From an uncultured virus (IMG/VR IMGVR_UViG_3300029911_000018) (Duplodnaviria; Heunggongvirae; Uroviricota; Caudoviricetes): 64,000 nt of DNA. The first letter of the stretch is position 1. Every line of letters starts with the position of its first letter. The position numbers were made by a program, and so were the translations under genes. The notes beneath the pieces were generated by a model. It did not search any database. It saw only the letters and a list, made by a program, of their open reading frames with translations, and was not told the DNA's origin. The stretch lies in the IMG/VR virus record IMGVR_UViG_3300029911_000018. The stretch is one strand, 5' to 3'. Of this stretch, positions 39,391 through 46,222 are shown piece by piece.

Positions 39391-39444
39391 AAACTTAAAT
39401 CCGGGTGCCTTACGTTGACTCCTCGATACACGAAACTCATAACT

Positions 39445-39559
39445 TGGTGCCGGGGTAGGTATCGAAGCCTACAAACTCACAAAACCCGTTCGCATAAACG
39501 GGCATACTTTGTGATGCCTATGGATGCCTCCAGCGAATCTACCAATTCTTCCACCCGGC
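39445..39559 (-). ncRNA. tRNA-Leu-like RNA with no normal anticodon and a giant variable arm
   Basis: GCCGGG/CCCGGC-A-CCA, GAATTGGTAGA D loop, ~40-nt extra hairpin. Confidence 0.65.
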
Positions 39560-39565
39560 GTAGCT

Positions 39566-39641
39566 TGGTGCCCTCGGTAGGAATCGAACCTACGACTTCT
39601 TCCGTGTGAAGGAAGCACTCGTACCGCTGAGTTACGAGGGC
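39566..39641 (-). tRNA. tRNA-Val(CAC)
   Basis: CTTCC-TTCACAC-GGAAG. Confidence 0.92.
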
Positions 39642-39650
39642 GAAACTTAT

Positions 39651-39835
39651 TCTCAAGGAGGGGCATCGAACCCCCATCTCCGCCACGAACGGGCGGTGTC
39701 CTTACCGCTTGTCACTCCGACATCAGAGGCTATTACTAGCTTGGTGCTGACGGAACCCAGTTACATGCTGCTCAGTATATCGACAGCGGAGCAACATTTA
39801 CCCGTCATTGCTCTGCCATGTTAGACGACCTTGAA
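39651..39835 (-). tRNA. tRNA-Glu(TTC)-like gene interrupted by a ~110-nt insertion in the D loop
   Basis: TTCAAGG/CCTTGAG acceptor; GTCT..GGAC D stem; CCGCC-CGTTCGT-GGCGG. Confidence 0.65.
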
Positions 39836-39838
39836 ACT

Positions 39839-39913
39839 TGGTAGCCCTAGAGGGAGTCGAACCCTCATTCTCACCTTGAAAGGGTGCCTTCCTAGCCGTT
39901 AGAAGATAGGGCC
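39839..39913 (-). tRNA. tRNA-Glu(TTC)
   Basis: CACC-CTTTCAA-GGTG. Confidence 0.9.
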
Positions 39914-39933
39914 ATAAACTACCACCGATTACT

Positions 39934-40009
39934 TGGACGCGGAGACGAGGATTTAACTCGTGTCTCAACCTTTGCAGGGTCGCGCCTGATTCGCCTCGGC
40001 CACTCCGCA
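39934..40009 (-). tRNA. tRNA-Cys(GCA)
   Basis: CGACC-CTGCAAA-GGTTG, U73. Confidence 0.82.
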
Positions 40010-40346
40010 TTAAAAACTCTTGCTTCTGCTGGCACACAGGCCGCACAAAGGTGCTTTGCCTCGTGCTTGAAACTCTGTCCCGACCCCGTCTCGAAAACTA
40101 CAGTGAAGCCAATATCATCGAAGTGTGGGCACTCTGGTATACCTTCCAACTTGCAGAACTCCGATAGTTCATAAGCCATCACCATCGTGATCCTCAGGGT
40201 GGTAAGCATCCCACACTTTCAATACCGCAATCAAAACAAAAATACCAATCAAAACGAAAAAAGTTCCAACATCAACGTGCCCGGTGAAACCATACTCGGG
40301 AGTCCATGGTGCTTGCATAGTAGACCTCTACTATGCTTCTCATATT

Positions 40347-40421
40347 TGGTAGCCCTACGGGGTGTCGAACCCCGGTTGTCAGGTTGAGAACCTGCTTTCC
40401 TAACCGCTAGAAGATAGGGCC
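40347..40421 (-). tRNA. tRNA-Glu(CTC)
   Basis: CAGG-TTCTCAA-CCTG. Confidence 0.9.
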
Positions 40422-40432
40422 AAACTACAAAC

Positions 40433-40519
40433 TAGTGACGAGTGAAGGATTCGAACCTTCGTTCCCGCCCTTCGCATAAAGCTACTAAGCGAGTTTTTAG
40501 GCCACTAAAGTAACCCGTC
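40433..40519 (-). ncRNA. tRNA-like RNA with ~13-nt anticodon loop
   Basis: GACGGGT/ACTCGTC acceptor, GAAGG-TTCGAAT-CCTTC T arm. Confidence 0.6.
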
Positions 40520-40827
40520 AAACTGGAGCCGAGGGGGCGTGGTTATCCGCCACGGGATTTCCCTTACTCGGCATAAACTCGATTAACTGCGTCCGTCTTC
40601 ACTTTACTAGCCACCCGCCAAGGTCATGGTTGGGGAAGCAACTTTCGCTAGAGCTATCTTGGTGACCCCTACTCTTCCTTTCGGTACCATGGGTATGGGT
40701 CAGAGCCCATAAATCACCGCAGCCTTCACAGCGTGACAAAGCGACTTGCCACTTACGCACTAAGATACACCGTGTTCTGTAATCACACTATGCACTGTGA
40801 AACTTGGTGGATGTGACAGGAGTCGAG

Positions 40828-41040
40828 CTACACACCCAAAACCTCTTCTACCGCTTCATCAACGGTGGCGATGGCAATCACTTTGCCAGTTTCTGTCGTT
40901 CTCGGCCACCGTAGTTTACCTATGCATTCATCACCCTTATACACGCAGATACTGTACTTCCCGCTTCTCTCACCATCGTTCTCACATAGTGATAAAGTCG
41001 GGTCTTTCGAAATTGCAATTACTGCGTCAATAAAAGTCAT
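40828..41040 (-). CDS. hypothetical protein
   Basis: ATGA-coupled small ORF inside the tRNA array. Confidence 0.55.
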   Translation of the reverse strand: MTFIDAVIAISKDPTLSLCENDGERSGKYSICVYKGDECIGKLRWPRTTETGKVIAIATVDEAVEEVLGV

Positions 41041-41219
41041 TCACCCTCATCCACCAACTCAACCAAGAGTTGTATAGCTTCAATCTCGCGGTCTCCAACC
41101 TGTGAGACCTTACCTGTTACTGTGTCCGTGACCTTGAGCGGCCATTGCTTTGCCTTGATGTCGGCGATGCTGACAGTCGGACAGCTTACTAACGTGAACT
41201 CAGGTACACTATACTTCAT
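41037..41219 (-). CDS. hypothetical protein
   Basis: Small coupled ORF. Confidence 0.5.
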   Translation of the reverse strand: MKYSVPEFTLVSCPTVSIADIKAKQWPLKVTDTVTGKVSQVGDREIEAIQLLVELVDEGE

Positions 41220-41402
41220 TCAATCCACACTTCTCACAAAGGTCAGGGTCGTCTTCATCGCTGAGTGGTGCCTTACAACTCAAGCACCGCTTGTATGTGT
41301 CGGGCTCTTCCAACCCCGCGTACCACGGACTGCAAATACATTCACCCACACAAACATCGTTTTCGCAAACCGCGTTGAACTTCATCTCTTCCTAACTATT
41401 CA

Positions 41403-41506
41403 TGCAACAGGTGGGATTCGAACCCACGGCGTCCATAACAATCCGCCAGCGATATAGGCCCTTAACCATGAGACGTGGAATGCTCTACCAACTGAGCTAC
41501 CATTGC
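41403..41506 (-). ncRNA. tRNA with ~40-nt anticodon-loop region (intron-like insertion)
   Basis: Perfect D arm TAGCTCAGTTGGTAGAGC and T arm GTGGGTTCGAATCCCAC. Confidence 0.7.
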
Positions 41507-41606
41507 ACAAACTTGGTGGACGCAGGGGACTTGGCACCCCATCGCTCGGCGTTACCACTATGGACGCCCACATTTCAATTCCTTAAGCCGAGTTCCGGAC
41601 TTAACT

Positions 41607-41685
41607 TGGTGGAGCTATGGGGACTCGAACCCCACTGGATTCCTCATTGCGAATGAGGTGAACACCCCCGGCATTCCCTAGCCCC
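41607..41685 (-). tRNA. tRNA-Ala(CGC)
   Basis: G3:U70, CCTCA-TTCGCAA-TGAGG. Confidence 0.88.
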
Positions 41686-41769
41686 AAACTTTCGGGAGGA
41701 GAGGTTCTACGCATCTCACACGTTGAGAGCAAATCCCCTCTATCTCCCTGCATCTGTCAGACTGTCGTG

Positions 41770-41837
41770 TAGACACGGAGAGATTCGAACTCTCATTTCC
41801 CCTCGATAGGGGCGTCCTACCATTAGACGACGAGCCT
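41770..41837 (-). pseudogene. degenerate tRNA (Glu-like body, 6-nt loop)
   Basis: TCGTCTAATGGTAGGAC D arm; CCCC-TATCGA-GGGG; normal T arm. Confidence 0.55.
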
Positions 41838-42445
41838 CAGCCCGACAAACCCTTAACCCAAACACTTACCGAACTCTTTGCAACCCCGAGTAAAGCTGCG
41901 ATTTGGGCTTTACAAATTCCTTGTTCAAACAACTCCTGCGCTTTCATTCGTTCAACCGCTTTTATATTTCTCAACCTTGCGGCGGCGGAGCCTATCGCTG
42001 ATAATCCTCTTTGCTTTGCCATCTCCGATGACCCACGAGCGCCACTACGATTGAAATTGTTGCGAATCATATCCCGATAGTTAGCGTCTGTCTTCCAACG
42101 CTCCGCGCTGTTAGTCCTATTGGCCGCTCGAACCCTCCACCCTTGGTTGGGTTGCTGATTTATCCAGTCGAAGCCACCACTCCCACCTTGTCTCAGGTTG
42201 TAGCACAAAGGGTCGGCTCGATACGTTTCAATCAGTTCGTATTCTTTAGCAAATGCCTCCCCTGAGTTGTCGAAGATGAAGCACACGTTCTTTATGAACG
42301 ACTGCTCACCGTGCTTACGAATCGCCGCCTTCAGAACCTTACCTGACCCAAGGTACCCGTCGTACGGGTTCTTGGTTTTGTGGACGCCGAAGTAATACTT
42401 TCCGTTCACCAAATTCTGTGTTCGATACACTGTGTAAAATATCAT
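41837..42445 (-). CDS. GIY-YIG (Seg-like) homing endonuclease, C-terminal HTH
   Basis: Nuclease domain paralogous to 9685-10323; AQIAALLGVAKSSVSVW. Confidence 0.9.
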   Translation of the reverse strand: MIFYTVYRTQNLVNGKYYFGVHKTKNPYDGYLGSGKVLKAAIRKHGEQSFIKNVCFIFDNSGEAFAKEYELIETYRADPLCYNLRQGGSGGFDWINQQPNQGWRVRAANRTNSAERWKTDANYRDMIRNNFNRSGARGSSEMAKQRGLSAIGSAAARLRNIKAVERMKAQELFEQGICKAQIAALLGVAKSSVSVWVKGLSG

Positions 42446-42511
42446 GAACCTATCAGCCTCTCAGGTTTCTGAGGACTTAACCTCTACTAAAGAGGTTGAT
42501 AGTCACGAATG

Positions 42512-42584
42512 TGCGCCTTGTAGGAATCGAACCTACGGTCCCTTCCATGTCAAGGAAGTGCTCTAGCCGCTGAGCCAAAGGCGC
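42512..42584 (-). tRNA. tRNA-Val(GAC), no encoded CCA
   Basis: CTTCC-TTGACAT-GGAAG. Confidence 0.9.
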
Positions 42585-42658
42585 AAAACTAGTTAGCGGC
42601 TGCAAGCGCGTCCGTCCTGCATTTAATCCCTAAACCTGAGGGAACCACACTTTAAAGT

Positions 42659-42735
42659 TGGCGGGGACGACGGGGCTCGAACCCGCGACCTCTACCGTGA
42701 CAGGGTAGCGTTCTAACCAACTGAACTACATCCCC
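42659..42735 (-). tRNA. tRNA-Asp(GTC)
   Basis: CTACC-CTGTCAC-GGTAG, G73. Confidence 0.93.
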
Positions 42736-42745
42736 AACTTCAAAC

Positions 42746-42820
42746 TGGCGGAGACGGCGAGGGTTGAACTCGTATATTCTTCCGTGACAGGGAAGCCCAT
42801 TGCCATTATGGTACGTCTCC
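42746..42820 (-). tRNA. tRNA-Asp(GTC)
   Basis: CTTCC-CTGTCAC-GGAAG, G73. Confidence 0.85.
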
Positions 42821-42914
42821 TCAAGGGTGTGTTCCGCAGCTTTTAGTTCTCACTGCAAGCCCTAAGCCCGTGCGCCTTTGTGCGGTACGACGTTAGGTGC
42901 TACCCTTTGAAACT

Positions 42915-42990
42915 TGGCGGGGCTGATGGGACTCTAACCCACGATAGACGGCTCGACAAGCCGCTGCATTAGACGCTATGCTACAACCCC
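42915..42990 (-). tRNA. tRNA-Asp(GTC)
   Basis: GCGGC-TTGTCGA-GCCGT, G73. Confidence 0.82.
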
Positions 42991-42991
42991 T

Positions 42992-43172
42992 TGGTGGACG
43001 TGTCGTGCCGCTTACGCTGTCATTTAACGACCGGGTACCTCATCTCTCTAATTACGAGTGTGCTGTTCAACTGCACACACCCATACGATTTGAGCTACCA
43101 CAACAGTGTCGTTCAGTAGAGCCATTTGGCTGGATTGTTCATACCCGAAGGGAACTCTCCGGCATCACATCC
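42992..43172 (-). ncRNA. ~180-nt structured RNA ending in ACCA
   Basis: GGATGTG/CACGTCC and TGCCG/CGGCA closing stems; CGGGTAT/GTACCCG inner stem. Confidence 0.5.
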
Positions 43173-43184
43173 TCTACTAAAATT

Positions 43185-43260
43185 TGGTGGACCTAGAGGG
43201 GATTGAACCCTCGACTTCTTCCATGCCATGGAAGCACTCTCCCACTGAGTTACAGGCCCC
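43185..43260 (-). tRNA. tRNA-Ala(GGC)
   Basis: CTTCC-ATGGCAT-GGAAG, G3:U70. Confidence 0.93.
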
Positions 43261-43267
43261 TAAAACA

Positions 43268-43477
43268 TCAAAACCTTTTGCCACTGTTCAGCATATTTAT
43301 CCTTTCTAATACCGAGGGCTCCGTCAACAGCAGACGTAAATTCTCATTCGGCTGTGTTGGCCTTTCCAACATTGCAACAAACTCTTGCCACTGCTCAGGA
43401 CTGAGGCGAATGTTGTTCTCTTCACCAGCCAGTCGGGTATGAACGCTTCTCATGTCGGCATCGAAGTTAATCTTCAT
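43268..43477 (-). CDS. orphan DUF1778/TacA-like antitoxin C-terminal domain
   Basis: IRLSPEQWQEFVAMLERPTQPNENLRLLL; AGGAG RBS. Confidence 0.7.
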   Translation of the reverse strand: MKINFDADMRSVHTRLAGEENNIRLSPEQWQEFVAMLERPTQPNENLRLLLTEPSVLERINMLNSGKRF

Positions 43478-43493
43478 CGCTCTCCTTTCAAAT

Positions 43494-43569
43494 TGGAGGC
43501 GATGATGGGATTCGAACCCATGCATAACGGTTTTGCAGACCGCCGCGTTAACCACTTCGCCACATCGCC
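43494..43569 (-). tRNA. tRNA-Cys(GCA)
   Basis: GCGGT-CTGCAAA-ACCGT, U73. Confidence 0.93.
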
Positions 43570-43587
43570 TATAACACCAACAAAACT

Positions 43588-43661
43588 TGGAGCGGATAGT
43601 CAGATTTGAACTGACGGTGACAGGGTGGAAGCCTGTTGCCTTACCGCTTGGCTATACCCGC
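43588..43661 (-). tRNA. tRNA-Gly(TCC)
   Basis: ACAGG-CTTCCAC-CCTGT, U73. Confidence 0.9.
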
Positions 43662-43667
43662 TTTGAA

Positions 43668-43802
43668 TCAGAGATATTTTCGTACCTCCAGTGGTCCGAA
43701 TCGGTAGCTCTCATATGAGCTACATCCCCACATAAGAGAACTGTTCAATCGGAAGGTCTTTCCAAAAGACCAACTCCGCCACCAGAAATAGTACCTCCAC
43801 AT
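43668..43802 (-). CDS. 44-aa aromatic-rich microprotein
   Basis: GAGGAG RBS; MWRYYFWWRSWSFGK.. Confidence 0.45.
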   Translation of the reverse strand: MWRYYFWWRSWSFGKTFRLNSSLMWGCSSYESYRFGPLEVRKYL

Positions 43803-43887
43803 ATCTCCTCAATTTCTCGACGCCTCTCCGCCGTGCCACACCACTTTAGTCCGCAGGACTCGGTAGGTGTCACCCCGCTTAAAACTC

Positions 43888-44283
43888 TGCACTAGACTTA
43901 TAGCCGGAGTTCTGTCCAGAGGGTTACCCCTCCTGTACAATCATTCGTCTCGGCCAGCCGTTACCGTCTGGCTCTAGCCCCCAACCCGCCGATTCATAAC
44001 GGTACGAGCAGTACCTGTCGGCCTATTTGAGGTTGCACCGCGTAGAGATTGCCCGTTTCACCCGAATTTAATCGGCTCGTCTCTGTTGCTCTAATCGTCA
44101 CACTCAACATCGGACGGGTTGTTCCCATAGGGTTGGTGGAAATCAACCAGACGTATAGCTGCGTCCCCTTACGCTACGTCCCCGAACAAGTGTGCTAGGG
44201 TGTTACCCTATACGCTGCTCTGTGGTGCTCCGAACTTCCTCGAAGTGGTATTGCGCCACGTCGCGATTGTCCAGTCTAGTGCA
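43888..44283 (-). ncRNA. rnpB: RNase P RNA
   Basis: P1 TGCACTAGACT/AGTCTAGTGCA; P4 halves GAGGAAGTTCGGAGC and ACAGAACTCCGGCTATA; GCAACAGA, GGGTGAAACGG, GGTAAC loop. Confidence 0.92.
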
Positions 44284-44310
44284 TACTTAATGAAACCGAG
44301 GCCGAAGCTG

Positions 44311-44655
44311 TTACTGTACTGCCGACGTGCGCTGTACTGCCACGCTACGAAGGTAAGCACGCATCTCGTCCGAGAACTCATTGAACATCTCACCCTTATC
44401 CAACCAGTGCAAAATGGTCTCCCAGTTCTCTTCCTCAGGCGTCCACTGACCCTCCAAGCCGTAGCAAGAGCAGTGACCGCCACTTACTGAGAACAGCTTC
44501 CCGTCCTTCTCGAACAGAACGAATGCCGAACCCGAATAGTCCTCGTAGCTATACACCGCTGCGTAGACCAACGCATCCTTCAATTCATCCTGACCAATAT
44601 TGAACTGGTCGCATACATCCTCAACGCTGCCGAACCTATCTACAAATACTTCCAT
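44311..44655 (-). CDS. conserved phage hypothetical protein
   Basis: Y..EDYSG.A.VLF..DGKL..V.G.HCSCYGLEGQW. Confidence 0.7.
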   Translation of the reverse strand: MEVFVDRFGSVEDVCDQFNIGQDELKDALVYAAVYSYEDYSGSAFVLFEKDGKLFSVSGGHCSCYGLEGQWTPEEENWETILHWLDKGEMFNEFSDEMRAYLRSVAVQRTSAVQ

Positions 44656-44724
44656 CGTTTTCTCCTTGTGGTACAAACCATCGAGAGAAACGGTGAGGTA
44701 ATTGTTCGACCTCGGTTTCAAATT

Positions 44725-44803
44725 TGGTGGACCGTCAGAGATTTGAACTCTGCTGATATTCTGTGTGCAAGACAGATAAACACTCCTAGCATTTCCACGG
44801 CCC
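44725..44803 (-). tRNA. tRNA-Ala(TGC)
   Basis: TCTGT-CTTGCAC-ACAGA, G3:U70. Confidence 0.85.
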
Positions 44804-44940
44804 AATATTGTCAAACATCATGTAATCACCGGCTGGCCGGGATTAAAAATCTTGGTGGCTTTGGCTCACGCCGGGGCACCACCCGCGCCCCTCGAAGTAA
44901 ACTTACCCAGTCTTGTGGACTGGAGTCTTGCTCCAGAGCT

Positions 44941-45015
44941 TGGAGCGGCTGGTGGGATTCGAACCCACGACCTCTTCCTTGGCAAGGAAGCGTTCTACCA
45001 CTGAACTACAGCCGC
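44941..45015 (-). tRNA. tRNA-Gly(GCC)
   Basis: CTTCC-TTGCCAA-GGAAG. Confidence 0.93.
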
Positions 45016-45045
45016 ATATACTTCAATACTGCAAAAACCAAAACT

Positions 45046-45121
45046 TGGTGCTCCAAGTGGGACTCGAACCCACGATAGTCTGCTTGTAGGGCAGATGATT
45101 TAGCCGCTAATCTACCGGAGC
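45046..45121 (-). tRNA. tRNA-Val(TAC)
   Basis: TCTGC-CCTACAA-GCAGA. Confidence 0.9.
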
Positions 45122-45133
45122 AATCTTTACTGC

Positions 45134-45165
45134 AAAAACGAAAGGCCAGCCTTTTCGGCTGGCCT
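45134..45165 (-). terminator. attenuator terminator
   Basis: AGGCCAGCC-GAAAA-GGCTGGCCT-TTCGTTTTT. Confidence 0.9.
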
Positions 45166-45185
45166 CGGTTTCGATTTCAGACTGG

Positions 45186-45329
45186 TTAGTTAGTCTTAAT
45201 CTCTCCCGAGGCCATGGTATCCTCTCCCGCGCAACCGGCTTCAGCGGCTGCGACAGCTACGACTACGCCCACGACGCCAGTGTTCGGTGCGTCCATGGTG
45301 TTAATCGAAATGTTGGTACGGATAGTCAT
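45186..45329 (-). promoter_or_regulatory. Val/Ala/Gly/Glu/Asp/Cys leader peptide with antiterminator
   Basis: MTIRTNISINTMDAPNTGVVGVVVAVAAAEAGCAGEDTMASGEIKTN; TGGCCTCGG (45206-45214) pairs with the terminator 5' arm. Confidence 0.88.
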
Positions 45330-45897
45330 GGTGTTTGTCCTTCTGTTACATAATACGCAGAAAGTTGAAATTTGTGCAAGCTGTTTTTCATTTATTTTCA
45401 CAGCTTATGTTTCAACCCACGCACCTGTACAAGGTGAAATTCCTCGGTGTGCTGCCTGTGTTGCACCACCCAAACTCGGCTTGACGTTAGTCTGGAACCG
45501 GACCATCGAACCCGGTATCTCCGAGGAACCCATAAACTGAGAGTACCACCACCCCGTTGTGGAAATCAACCCCCATGTGCCTTACGATAACCATCGGCTA
45601 TCGAATTCAACAATGAAATGGATTGGCCTTTTGTCTCCACTTTCACTTTCCGGGTTCGAGGTTCCCGCCTGCAAACGATACTTCACCCTCGAATACCCCG
45701 CCAGTTGCTTCCCAAGAAGTATCACCTCATTCATAATACACAATTCAGAGGTGCTAACACAACCAAATTTGAAAACTCCCGAGGGAGGGACGGTTCAGTC
45801 AGGTTTATCTGTGCCGTCCAATCCTTCCCGAAACCCTTGCGGGTTTGCGTACCTGACGAATTAAATCCATAGTACACCAACGAGGAAGAAACCGCAA

Positions 45898-46221
45898 CTA
45901 CCTGCCATTTTTGATGACGTTTATCCATCCCTGTGTTTGCTCACTTACAGTAGGTGTGGGTTTTACCGTCTTGCGGGTTCGAGGCTTGGAAGTCTCGAAC
46001 CGCTCGGTCTCCGCAGCGTACCGCACTAGAGCTTGCCGCAGATTCATAGCAGCCTCGTAACCCTCCAGTGCAGACTCACAGCCTTGGCACCGCCCTATAA
46101 TGGCACCACGGCCATGTGCAGGGTTGTAGCGTGGGTGCTTGGGACACCGCAGTGTCAGTTTGCTCTTGGATACAGTCTTCAGCCGCAGCTTGGTGGCGTC
46201 GTCAAAGCAGAACTTCAACAT
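45898..46221 (-). CDS. hypothetical Zn-binding protein
   Basis: CPKH..CQGC; AGGAG RBS. Confidence 0.6.
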   Translation of the reverse strand: MLKFCFDDATKLRLKTVSKSKLTLRCPKHPRYNPAHGRGAIIGRCQGCESALEGYEAAMNLRQALVRYAAETERFETSKPRTRKTVKPTPTVSEQTQGWINVIKNGR

Positions 46222-46222
46222 G

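Noticed and set aside
41514..41600. Full-length tmRNA
   Set aside because: Only ~90 nt available before the next tRNA; no tag reading frame
42588..42657. Pistol or HDV-like (theta) ribozyme after tRNA-Asp
   Set aside because: Hairpins are present but I could not find the required pseudoknot or catalytic residues
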